IMG/VR virus record: IMGVR_UViG_3300024984_000002
DNA from: a virus
Length of the DNA: 41,092 bases
Reading direction: 5' to 3' (one strand)
Shown one piece after another: positions 17,244-24,807 of the stretch. How positions within the stretch are numbered: the first letter of the stretch is position 1; the number at the start of each line of letters is the position of its first letter. The notes beneath the pieces are model-generated. The model had not been told where the DNA came from, searched no databases, and saw nothing but the letters and a program-made list of their open reading frames with translations. The position numbers and the translations under genes are program-made.

Positions 17244-17290
17244 TGGTATAATATTAATAGGCTGAGCTGGGAGAAATCCTGGCTTTTTTT
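17244..17290 (+). ncRNA. Possible tiny plus-strand transcript: extended -10 promoter plus intrinsic terminator
   Basis: TGgTATAAT at 17244-17252. A hairpin GCTGGG-AGAAAT-CCTGGC (17266-17283) is followed by T7 (17284-17290). The two G-U pairs become C-A mismatches on the other strand. Confidence 0.3.
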
Positions 17291-17324
17291 ATTATCTCAT
17301 GTACCGTTAACCTTTTAAATATCA

Positions 17325-17606
17325 CTATTTTCTACGACTCCTTACCTCATAAGATAACCACGACAAAACAATTTTTATTATGTCTCCTAACGAATAACAA
17401 GCCCCACTTATTTCTGAAGAATTATATGAATAATCCTCTATTTCTCCTTTATACAGGTGTTCGGCTTTTCCGTTATAAAAAACACGTAGTGTTTGTCCAT
17501 CTTCTCTATTGAATGTTAATCCCTTACCTGGTGATGTCGATTTTATTTGTTCTTCAATCCACCATTCTAAAGGAGGTACAAATTCAAATATCTCTAACTG
17601 TTGCAA
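17325..17606 (-). CDS. Hypothetical protein (93 aa, TTG start)
   Basis: An RBS GGAGGG lies 7 nt upstream of TTG 17606. It follows the XerC/D-like gene. Confidence 0.55.
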   Translation of the reverse strand: MQQLEIFEFVPPLEWWIEEQIKSTSPGKGLTFNREDGQTLRVFYNGKAEHLYKGEIEDYSYNSSEISGACYSLGDIIKIVLSWLSYEVRSRRK

Positions 17607-17623
17607 CCTACTACCCTCCTAAC

Positions 17624-18613
17624 CTACATAACTAGATGTTTCTTGTGTTGTTCTCGTTTTCGCTCTTCGGTAATCCTTGCATATCTTAATGTTGTATCTG
17701 GGCTACTGTGACCTAACAGTTCCTGTACAGCAACCAACTCTGCTCCGTTATTTAGTGTTAAAGTGGCGAATGTATGTCTCAGTACATGTGGACTCACTTT
17801 CTTTTCAAGACCAGCATCCTTTGCTATTTGCTTAATTTCTCGCTGTATGCCACGTTTAGAAAGACGACCGTATGGTTTTCTTTCTGACACCATGAGTGCT
17901 GGATCATCATCAGATCGACTCTTTAAATACTTCTTCAAGTGGTACATAGCCTTATAAGAAAGGTAAACTTCTCTCTCTTTATTTCCTTTACCAATAACGT
18001 TTGTAGACATGGACTGAATGTTTATATCCGTTCTGTTTAGTTGATGTATTTCAGATAGACGACAACCTGTTGCATATAACACTTCAATGAATGCTCTTTG
18101 TCTAACTGTTTTACACGATTCTCTAAGTAATTCAAGCTCTTCGATAGTTAAAGCTTTCGGTAATCTTTTTTCTGTCTTAGGTGGCTTTAGTTTTGCTGCA
18201 GGATCTCTGTTAATGATTTCTTCCCCTGCTAACCATCCAAAGAAACTTTTGATTACTGATAACTTTCTTCCGATTGTACTCATCTTTACGTTGGTCTGTT
18301 GAGCGAGGTAATTACGAATGTCAGCTGCAGTAATATCTTTGGTTAATTTCTTAACTGAGTTTGCAAATAAACCTAGCTCTAATCGATAACCATCTAATGT
18401 AAGTGGGCTCAATCCTTCAAGTTTTTTTGATGAAATAAAGAGGTGAACCTTATCGTGTAAATCTGGATGAACCTCCTCTTCATCAATCTTCTGGATGTTA
18501 TATCTAGTAACGATAGCTGATATTTTATTTTTAGCATCATCAAAGGAAAAGGCTGGTACAATATCACCTATTAAGGCCGCGATCTCTGATATGAGTTGTT
18601 CTCCAGCGTACAT
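17624..18613 (-). CDS. XerC/XerD-like tyrosine recombinase
   Basis: 329 aa. An N-terminal SAM-like core-binding domain is followed by the catalytic motifs ATGCRLSEI, HVLRHTFAT and LGHSSPDTTLRYARI. Confidence 0.85.
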   Translation of the reverse strand: MYAGEQLISEIAALIGDIVPAFSFDDAKNKISAIVTRYNIQKIDEEEVHPDLHDKVHLFISSKKLEGLSPLTLDGYRLELGLFANSVKKLTKDITAADIRNYLAQQTNVKMSTIGRKLSVIKSFFGWLAGEEIINRDPAAKLKPPKTEKRLPKALTIEELELLRESCKTVRQRAFIEVLYATGCRLSEIHQLNRTDINIQSMSTNVIGKGNKEREVYLSYKAMYHLKKYLKSRSDDDPALMVSERKPYGRLSKRGIQREIKQIAKDAGLEKKVSPHVLRHTFATLTLNNGAELVAVQELLGHSSPDTTLRYARITEERKREQHKKHLVM

Positions 18614-18634
18614 GACGTTTCACCCCTTATATTC

Positions 18635-18760
18635 TTATTTTTGTTTCATATTTTCATAAGCCTCAACTAGTTTCATAATATTTTCTAATTGCTCGTCCTT
18701 ATTGTTTTGATGGTTTAGAACGATATTAATTGATCTTCTTAACCACTCTTTATTTTCCAC
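18635..18760 (-). CDS. Possible 41-aa protein upstream of the XerC/D-like gene
   Basis: Hand translation from the GTG gives (M)ENKEWLRRSINIVLNHQNNKDEQLENIMKLVEAYENMKQK. An RBS GGAGGTG lies 8 nt upstream. Confidence 0.4.
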   Translation of the reverse strand: MENKEWLRRSINIVLNHQNNKDEQLENIMKLVEAYENMKQK

Positions 18761-18908
18761 TTTCGCTTCACCTCCAAAAAGGTGTTGTTTCATCGAACTA
18801 TTCATTAAACGTTTACCTAGAAAGTGTAGACAGTTTGAACCTCATGGGTTTTATTACCATTATAGTATGTTAAAATTTTTAATATCTATTTACTTTAAAT
18901 ATAGGTAG

Positions 18909-19106
18909 GTGTATGAAATGGTATTAACTATTCTTTATTTACTTGGCAGCATTATTCTTGTAGGTCTCGGAGTAATTTTTTATTTATTTACAGAAAAGAT
19001 TTTTAATAAAGAATGGAGAATCCTTGGTAAGATTACATCAATAGCCTTTATGGTTTATGGGTTATCAAATTTTATTTATTTAACTCTATCTCGTCTATTT
19101 ACTTAA
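18909..19106 (+). CDS. Small two-TM membrane protein on the opposite strand (likely start ATG 18918)
   Basis: MVLTILYLLGSIILVGLGVIFYLF...ITSIAFMVYGLSNFIYLTL. An RBS AGGTAGGTG lies 6 nt before the ATG. It is the only plus-strand gene in the early/late block. Confidence 0.5.
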   Translation: MYEMVLTILYLLGSIILVGLGVIFYLFTEKIFNKEWRILGKITSIAFMVYGLSNFIYLTLSRLFT

Positions 19107-19337
19107 CTCTCGCTATATCGCTGTATGTGTCACTCGTACACATTTCCGACCACTTCACACAGACTGGCGACAAATTCATTTAAGATTCTCCACTCAATGG
19201 TCTAACTTGTCCTGCATAGCATATAAGTTAATTAGCTTCATTTCTCGGAATCCTCCTATCTATTTCGATTAGTGCCGCGTATCTATATTTATCTGAATAT
19301 CTTGCTAAGAAATATAATTGACCAAGAGTGAGTATCT

Positions 19338-19553
19338 TCATTTCTCCACCCTGTATTCAGCGCCAAGGTGATTTAATAACTTTTCAATGGTCTTTGGGCC
19401 AATGCCTGGGACTTTAACTAAATCCTCTAATTTATCAGCAAAATGCATACAAGCACTGTACTTACCTTGTTCAAATCCAAACTTTGAACCAATTTGTATA
19501 CCTATTTTCTTGCCTTCCTCATACTTCTTTTGAAGGAGTGGGTTTTTGCTCAT
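19338..19553 (-). CDS. Hypothetical protein with helix-hairpin-helix-like motif
   Basis: VPGIGPKTIEKLL resembles an HhH DNA-binding motif. 71 aa. Confidence 0.5.
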   Translation of the reverse strand: MSKNPLLQKKYEEGKKIGIQIGSKFGFEQGKYSACMHFADKLEDLVKVPGIGPKTIEKLLNHLGAEYRVEK

Positions 19554-19765
19554 TTTTTACCACTCCCCTCGGAATAACATGTACTGCATGTACCCTCTAC
19601 TGCAAAACCATTAGGCTTTTTACAATTTGGACATAGAGGAGACTTAAATCTCCAAGTCACCCGACAAGGAATGCACTCCATCAAGACCATTGGATAAGCA
19701 TTTGCATAAAACTGACCTTCCTTTTTACATTTAGGGCAAGTAGGATTTGCCATAATTACCACCAC
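19550..19765 (-). CDS. Zinc-ribbon protein (likely start ATG 19753)
   Basis: Four CxxC pairs (CPKC, CIPC, CPNC, CSTC). Confidence 0.55.
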   Translation of the reverse strand: MVVIMANPTCPKCKKEGQFYANAYPMVLMECIPCRVTWRFKSPLCPNCKKPNGFAVEGTCSTCYSEGSGKK

Positions 19766-19961
19766 CTACTACTATCTGAAGTAATGTCAATTTCTCTGAA
19801 AGCCTGGAGTGTTAACTCATACTTCAATTCGTCATAATCCATATCATGTACGGACTTTCCACTTTGTCCTTTTGTGACTCCAGCTTTAATTAATTTATCT
19901 AGTACAAATTGTTTTTAATTTCATTATGTTGTTTTACAGAGTTGTAAGTTTTCATATACAT
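19756..19961 (-). pseudogene. Interrupted small ORF (frame change at an A5 run); pseudogene, sequencing indel or recoding
   Basis: Frame 1 gives M(Y)MKTYNSVKQHNEIKNNLY*. The -1 frame continues KQFVLDKLIKAGVTKGQSGKSVHDMDYDELKYELTLQAFREIDITSDSSRWW* with no start codon of its own. One extra A in the run at 19912-19916 would fuse them into a 68-aa ORF. Confidence 0.45.
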
Positions 19962-19977
19962 CAACTCCCAATGGGCA

Positions 19978-20214
19978 TTATTTTGCCTTCAACATTGCGT
20001 CATAACGCTTTTCAATATCTTCTAAACGCTTTACCTTTTCCATGAGCTCTAAGTTCTCTGTAGCCATACTCATAAAAGATTTAAAACGAGATTTTTGCTT
20101 TAAATCACCGATTGTTTGATGCTGCTGTTCAACTGTATCCATCATCCATTCCAGATCCTCAAAAGTCATACGACCGTTTTTATAATTCAGTCTGATTTGT
20201 TTCATTCTTCCCAT
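19978..20214 (-). CDS. Hypothetical coiled-coil protein (78 aa)
   Basis: An RBS GGAGGGG lies 7 nt upstream of ATG 20214. Confidence 0.55.
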   Translation of the reverse strand: MGRMKQIRLNYKNGRMTFEDLEWMMDTVEQQHQTIGDLKQKSRFKSFMSMATENLELMEKVKRLEDIEKRYDAMLKAK

Positions 20215-20533
20215 GGCTTGTCCCCTCCATTTTTAATACACTAAGGGCCATTGAAATGTAGAATCTAGGATTTGGAGCTTCTTCCCCTGCTTCGAGTAGT
20301 TTGATTAAATCGTTCTTCCGTTCCATTTCACATTGGATATATTTCAGCCCATCTGCCATTTCTTCTAAGAACATTTCTAACCAGTTATAATTGTCCAGGT
20401 GACTTAATGGTTTTCCGTACTTCTGAACTCCAACCATGTCCTGTCTGTGCATGGTTTCAATCATGGTTGCTACTGCTTTATTGGTAATTGGAAACTGACT
20501 CATGCTCTCTCCTCCGAATTCTTTCATTAGCAA
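20180..20533 (-). CDS. Hypothetical protein (likely start ATG 20503); weak resemblance to all-alpha MazG-like NTP pyrophosphohydrolases
   Basis: An RBS GGAGGAG lies 5 nt upstream of ATG 20503. The motif ...QKYGKPL...WLEMFLEEMADGLKY is only suggestive. Confidence 0.45.
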   Translation of the reverse strand: MLMKEFGGESMSQFPITNKAVATMIETMHRQDMVGVQKYGKPLSHLDNYNWLEMFLEEMADGLKYIQCEMERKNDLIKLLEAGEEAPNPRFYISMALSVLKMEGTSHGKNETNQTEL

Positions 20534-20675
20534 CTGCTATTTTTTCACGTAATCTAGTCAAATCTTCAAGCCATTTTCCTTCTGGTAAAGGTCCGCATAT
20601 GGAGCAAGGTTGAAATTCTATGGAGAAATGATTCATAGTACGTACCACGTGTGTACCGTTACATAATTCACACAT
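20478..20675 (-). CDS. Small zinc-finger protein
   Basis: CELC...CSIC Cys pairs. 65 aa. Confidence 0.5.
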   Translation of the reverse strand: MCELCNGTHVVRTMNHFSIEFQPCSICGPLPEGKWLEDLTRLREKIAVANERIRRREHESVSNYQ

Positions 20676-20692
20676 TTAGTTATTCTCCTAAT

Positions 20693-21505
20693 CTAAAAGT
20701 CTTGAACTCTCATATCCTTGCCTTCAACTTTTATTAATCTTGTTCCCTTCATCATTCGAGAGACAATTCTACCCCCGTTTTGCCCGTACTTTTCTGAGAG
20801 CTCTCCAGATCCACAGTTAGTGGTTATTACTTTAGGTTTGCTTGTCCTAGATGAGAACATCTGAAAAAGTACTTCCCCGACCCAACTTTCGCCTTTTTCA
20901 TCCGTCTTTACACGTTCAGCTCCCAAGTCATCGAATATTACTAAGTCAGCTGCTTCAATGGCATCAAATATCTTATCTGATGATTCTTTTTTATTACCGA
21001 ATGTGTTTTTGATTTTGTTCATTAAAGTTGGAGTATCAATGTAGATCACCGTGAAATTCTTGCTTCTAACACCATCTGAAATGGATTTAGCTAAGTGTGA
21101 TTTACCTACTCCATATGGGCCTTTTAAAATCAGAGAATTCCACCCTTCGATTTTTGAAAAGTTATCTGCATACCATTTTGCTTTTTGAAGTGCTTCTGAT
21201 TGAGTTGGATGATTTGGTATGTAGGAATCAAAGGATGCCTTTTCTAAATCAAATGGAACTAAACTGTATTGCTCATAAATGTATTCATGTTTCTTGCTAT
21301 CAGCTTTCTGTACAAACTCTTCATACTGTTTCTTCGTTTCAAGATTAATGCAGTTAAGGCACTTGCTTACTGGAATCACACGATCACTAACTGATCTTTC
21401 CATCATAAGAACTTCTTCACCGCATTTTTCACATATGCGTGAACCAACTACTCTGATTTTAGAAAAGCTTGTCATAATCTCCTGGAGGCTTTTTATCTTG
21501 ATCAC
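20693..21505 (-). CDS. DnaC/IstB-like AAA+ helicase loader with N-terminal zinc ribbon
   Basis: Walker A GPYGVGKSHLA, Walker B LVIFDDLGAE and N-terminal CEKCG...CLNC. It lies downstream of the replisome organiser. The start is uncertain (GTG 21505 or ATG 21475). Confidence 0.8.
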   Translation of the reverse strand: MIKIKSLQEIMTSFSKIRVVGSRICEKCGEEVLMMERSVSDRVIPVSKCLNCINLETKKQYEEFVQKADSKKHEYIYEQYSLVPFDLEKASFDSYIPNHPTQSEALQKAKWYADNFSKIEGWNSLILKGPYGVGKSHLAKSISDGVRSKNFTVIYIDTPTLMNKIKNTFGNKKESSDKIFDAIEAADLVIFDDLGAERVKTDEKGESWVGEVLFQMFSSRTSKPKVITTNCGSGELSEKYGQNGGRIVSRMMKGTRLIKVEGKDMRVQDF

Positions 21506-22280
21506 CTACTTTCTGATTCAAGTAGCCTTCAAATTTGTTTCCGAATAGTGTTTCAGGACGTAAATAACGGCTCATTTCCTTGTGCTTAATCCATTCGGTT
21601 ACTTTTTTATCAATAACTGTCTTGAAATCATCTAAACGAAAGCCTTCTTTCCAACGTTTACGTATTAACTCTTGTGTTTTAGATGTGGTATATCGATAAC
21701 ATGAGTCGGACTTCTCATTTAGATACTCGATAATTTCTCGGAATGGAGGCGAAGCGTGAGTTTTTGTTTCTTCTTCTTTTTCTTCTTCTTTTTCTTCTTC
21801 TTTTTCTTCTTCTTTTTCTTCTTCTTCCCCACCTAGCGTGGACGTATCGTTATACGTACCGTGGACGGTTCGTGAAAATAACGTTGCAATGTCCTCGTTT
21901 GGTATATGCGAGATGATATCAACCAATAAATTCAAGTCTTTTACTTCTTGCAATTCCTTTTTAATGCAATCAATAACCGGCTTACCTGCATTAGCTAAGT
22001 TGTGCTTTCCCCAGTTGTTGATTGCAATTTCTCTGGTCTTTTCGTTGTATTTAACCAATCGATGAACATTAATAAATCGATCGAGTAAGCTGCTAATGGA
22101 CTCTGTTGAATAACCTAAGTCAAAGGCCATTTGCTTCTTGGTTATTTGATACACTCCAATTTGAGTTGTGTTAGGATTTGTAAGTAAGTACAAGTAAAAA
22201 TACTTATCTTCTGGAGTGAGCTCTTCAAGTACTCTGGAATCCTGCCAGAAGGTGGTTTGAACCTTTCTAAACTTTGCCAT
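21459..22280 (-). CDS. Replisome organiser / DnaD-like replication protein with conserved phage C-terminal domain
   Basis: The C-terminus EIIEYLNEKSD..YRYTTSKTQELIRKRWKEGFRLDDFKTVIDKKV..W......YLRPETLFGNKFEGYLNQ matches the Phg_2220_C signature. The N-terminal domain is separated from it by an (EEEK)n linker. Confidence 0.8.
   Translation of the reverse strand: MAKFRKVQTTFWQDSRVLEELTPEDKYFYLYLLTNPNTTQIGVYQITKKQMAFDLGYSTESISSLLDRFINVHRLVKYNEKTREIAINNWGKHNLANAGKPVIDCIKKELQEVKDLNLLVDIISHIPNEDIATLFSRTVHGTYNDTSTLGGEEEEKEEEKEEEKEEEKEEETKTHASPPFREIIEYLNEKSDSCYRYTTSKTQELIRKRWKEGFRLDDFKTVIDKKVTEWIKHKEMSRYLRPETLFGNKFEGYLNQKVGDQDKKPPGDYDKLF
21770..21827. repeat. Tandem 12-bp repeat (cttcttcttttt x4 plus a partial unit) inside the replisome organiser gene
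   Basis: Counted by hand. It encodes EEEK repeats in the interdomain linker. Confidence 0.9.
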
Positions 22281-22473
22281 TCCTTTTTACTCCTTTCTCT
22301 GGAACATCTATTCTTATGCAATGAGCAAAACGATTTTTTATCGTCTTGACGGAATAATGTGGATAAGCAGTCATATACTTTAGTACAAGCTGTTCTAAAT
22401 ACTTTTTATCTTTTGCGGTTTCAAAGATCCATTCAGGCAACAAAACTTTATATACATCTAATTGATCAATCAT
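22267..22473 (-). CDS. Hypothetical protein (68 aa)
   Basis: ORF overlapping the start of the replisome organiser gene. No family recognised. Confidence 0.55.
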   Translation of the reverse strand: MIDQLDVYKVLLPEWIFETAKDKKYLEQLVLKYMTAYPHYSVKTIKNRFAHCIRIDVPEKGVKRNGKV

Positions 22474-22561
22474 TTAAAACCTCGTTTGCCTTACCAGCAA
22501 AAAGTAAGGTATTATAAATTATGAAATCACTAGTCTTGGATGACTCTTGTTGCAGCAAGAG

Positions 22562-22723
22562 TCATTCTTCATCTTTAACTACTTTTTGTTTAGCTCCATG
22601 AAATTCTTCAAGATAACGTGCAGCATTACCAATTAAAACGACTTCCCCGTTAATTTCTAGAACAACGTCACCAACAAAAATGTCATCACCACATGCGTCA
22701 ATTCCACAATATTTATCACTCAT
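22562..22723 (-). CDS. Possible 53-aa protein
   Basis: Hand translation gives MSDKYCGIDACGDDIFVGDVVLEINGEVVLIGNAARYLEEFHGAKQKVVKDEE. An RBS GGTGGTG lies 6 nt upstream, and the start abuts the stop of the Rha gene. Confidence 0.45.
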   Translation of the reverse strand: MSDKYCGIDACGDDIFVGDVVLEINGEVVLIGNAARYLEEFHGAKQKVVKDEE

Positions 22724-23413
22724 TTACGACACCACCTTTTTTGGTACCCATGCCTCGATATATCGAAGAGCTGACTGCATATCTTTACGTTTGATATCCT
22801 TATAGCTTCCAACTCCGAAACGGTCTTTAATTTCTCTGTAAATTTCACTAAATAATGCAGGTCTTAAATCAGGATCGTGTTCTAATTCATATACTTTATG
22901 ACCAACAGCTTTCTGGACCCGTCTTTGCTCTCCATGATCAAGAGTGATTTGTTGTTCCACCATATTCCGGATTTCCTTCACTTCTCCTTTAACCTCAGTG
23001 ATTTCTTCAGCTGTCTCTAATGACAACTTTAAAGATGCTACTAACTGTTCTCTTTCGCTTAGTGGACGAACACCATTTAAAGTTTCTCTCATTCTCTTAA
23101 ACTCTTGGACAAATTTCACTTTCATCTTCATAGCCTCTGGAGTTGTATATGCCATAGCAACAATGGCGAAAGCATCCTCGGTTAGCAAAAATTTTTCATA
23201 CTCTCTGCCTCGATCATTAACATAATTTGACCGCTCAAAGTTGAGCAGTGAAAATCTTCTTTCACCTGCTTCAATTAGTTTTACAATCTGATTTTCAATA
23301 TCTCTAATGACGTTTCTATGTTCTTTATCAAATACATCTGCAATTGTTAATGAGTCCGTTACCACTTGATTGTTTTCGATAAAAACTAATTCGTTCATAC
23401 TGCATCTCCTCAC
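22724..23413 (-). CDS. Rha-family phage regulatory protein / antirepressor (likely start ATG 23398)
   Basis: MNELVFIENNQVVTDSLTIADVFDKEHRNVIRDIENQI matches the Phage_pRha N-terminal signature. An RBS GAGGAG lies 7 nt before ATG 23398. Confidence 0.8.
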   Translation of the reverse strand: MRRCSMNELVFIENNQVVTDSLTIADVFDKEHRNVIRDIENQIVKLIEAGERRFSLLNFERSNYVNDRGREYEKFLLTEDAFAIVAMAYTTPEAMKMKVKFVQEFKRMRETLNGVRPLSEREQLVASLKLSLETAEEITEVKGEVKEIRNMVEQQITLDHGEQRRVQKAVGHKVYELEHDPDLRPALFSEIYREIKDRFGVGSYKDIKRKDMQSALRYIEAWVPKKVVS

Positions 23414-23667
23414 CAGTGTTTATTTGCATTTTTGTAATACTCGTACAAACCAGCTTTGCGTAATTTCCGCAGTTCTTCTTTTATCGCGTTTTCTGTTTTC
23501 CCTAAAGCTAATGAAATGGAAAAACGGCCATCATGCTCATAATACTTACAAAGATACTCTCTCTCTGATTCAGAGAAAGGCTTCCCGTGATTTTCATGAA
23601 ACTCCGGATGATATAACATGTGTCCTCTCCGATCATATTGGATATCATCCCCTTGCAACTTCATCAC
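23410..23667 (-). CDS. Hypothetical protein (85 aa), possibly DNA-binding
   Basis: ORF in the early operon. No family confidently recognised. Confidence 0.5.
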   Translation of the reverse strand: MMKLQGDDIQYDRRGHMLYHPEFHENHGKPFSESEREYLCKYYEHDGRFSISLALGKTENAIKEELRKLRKAGLYEYYKNANKHW

Positions 23668-23672
23668 CTCCT

Positions 23673-23786
23673 TTAGAGTCCTTTCTTTGCATCTTTATAA
23701 CCTTTCTCATAAGATCCTGCTGCACATATTGCCATCCCAAACGCACCGACCATTCCACTGACCAAACAGGATAGGATGAAAAGCAA
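23673..23786 (-). CDS. Possible 37-aa membrane peptide (TTG start)
   Basis: (M)LFILSCLVSGMVGAFGMAICAAGSYEKGYKDAKKGL. A strong RBS GGAAGGAGGT lies 6 nt upstream. Confidence 0.4.
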   Translation of the reverse strand: MLFILSCLVSGMVGAFGMAICAAGSYEKGYKDAKKGL

Positions 23787-23803
23787 GTTCGTACCTCCTT
23801 CCG

Positions 23804-24001
23804 TTACTTTCTGTAATAGGTTATACATTCACCAGTCATTTTCTCGATGTATTCTTTTTCTTTCTCTTCTATTTCTCTAATTTGAGCCTTCACCTGTTTA
23901 TGATTTGAATAAATGTTCAACCCTCCAGGTATCAAACTTTCACCCAATAGAGAACTTGTATAACCGTGATTGTCTGTTCTGAATTTCTTTTTCCTTCTCA
24001 T
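23804..24001 (-). CDS. Hypothetical protein (65 aa)
   Basis: ORF in the early operon. Confidence 0.5.
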   Translation of the reverse strand: MRRKKKFRTDNHGYTSSLLGESLIPGGLNIYSNHKQVKAQIREIEEKEKEYIEKMTGECITYYRK

Positions 24002-24137
24002 AAACTCTCCTTTACGTTCACTACATTTTCGTACTGTTCACTAACTTGTACCTGCAATTGCAATAAATAACATAATGAGAATTGCTATGAAGATAAAAAT
24101 TATAAATCCCATATCTCACCTCTGTTCGTACTGTTCA

Positions 24138-24293
24138 TTACCCATTGCTTTTACGAAGTACCTTTATTGCTTCAACATAATCCCACTCGCCACTATTATA
24201 TAGTTCCTCATACCTCTCAATTGCTTCAGCTTCTGTGTCAAATTCCTCTACATTTGTAGGCTTACTTGCTTTCTCATAACTAACTTGATACAT
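24138..24293 (-). CDS. Possible 51-aa acidic protein
   Basis: MYQVSYEKASKPTNVEEFDTEAEAIERYEELYNSGEWDYVEAIKVLRKSNG, preceded by an RBS-like AGAGAGGA. Confidence 0.4.
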   Translation of the reverse strand: MYQVSYEKASKPTNVEEFDTEAEAIERYEELYNSGEWDYVEAIKVLRKSNG

Positions 24294-24320
24294 AATATAA
24301 TCATCCTCTCTTGTTGTCCC

Positions 24321-24455
24321 TTACCTTAACTTAAACGAAAATTTAAAATCACAACTCCCCAATATTTGCAATGCAAGTATGAATATAAATATCCATCCGA
24401 AATCTAAAGTTAAATATATTGGCAAAGCCAGTAGAGAAGCTAAAATGCTTCGCAT
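24321..24455 (-). CDS. Possible 44-aa hydrophobic peptide
   Basis: MRSILASLLALPIYLTLDFGWIFIFILALQILGSCDFKFSFKLR. An RBS GGAGGT lies 8 nt upstream. Confidence 0.4.
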   Translation of the reverse strand: MRSILASLLALPIYLTLDFGWIFIFILALQILGSCDFKFSFKLR

Positions 24456-24467
24456 TTTTTTGACCTC

Positions 24468-24791
24468 CTATTCTTCAAACTCAATTACCTCTAACAATGG
24501 AGTAATGCATACGACATCTTGACACTTTATATGGTCAGTGTAAGATTCTGTTTCAATCAGTTCTGACACATCACTAAGTTTCCGTTCCAGTTCTTCGGTT
24601 TCTAACTCCATTTTTCTTAATGAATCAATTACTTCTCGCTTCTCTGGCATTCTTAATCCACTTGTCATTACACAAGATACTGCTATGTTTATTGCTTCAC
24701 TACTTTTCATCTCCATCTTCCTTTCTAACGCACAGTATATGTCGATTGTGCTCCTATTAGATAATAGGAACGAGCATTTAAACTCGCGCAC
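24468..24791 (-). CDS. Hypothetical protein (107 aa)
   Basis: ORF in the early operon. No family recognised. Confidence 0.55.
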   Translation of the reverse strand: MREFKCSFLLSNRSTIDIYCALERKMEMKSSEAINIAVSCVMTSGLRMPEKREVIDSLRKMELETEELERKLSDVSELIETESYTDHIKCQDVVCITPLLEVIEFEE

Positions 24792-24807
24792 TTTTTAAAG
24801 AAAAAAA

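Noticed and set aside
21770-21827. Tandem repeats (21770-21827, 36150-36623, 13883-13922) as a CRISPR array
   Set aside because: The units are contiguous with no spacers, or are coding repeats. No cas genes are present and there are no 25-40-bp repeat/spacer alternations anywhere in the window.
22540-22565. Perfect 10-bp inverted repeat ATGACTCTTG-6-CAAGAGTCAT overlapping the stop codon of the 53-aa ORF
   Set aside because: It is not followed by a U-tract on either strand, so it is not a convincing terminator. It could be an RNA-stability or protein-binding element, but nothing else supports a specific role.
23370-23774. Plus-strand 134-aa ORF 23370..23774, and antisense ORFs in the lysogeny region (26461..26682, 26895..27080)
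   Set aside because: They overlap the Rha, 85-aa, repressor and integrase genes on the opposite strand. A better-supported 37-aa minus-strand ORF with a strong RBS explains the only uncovered part.
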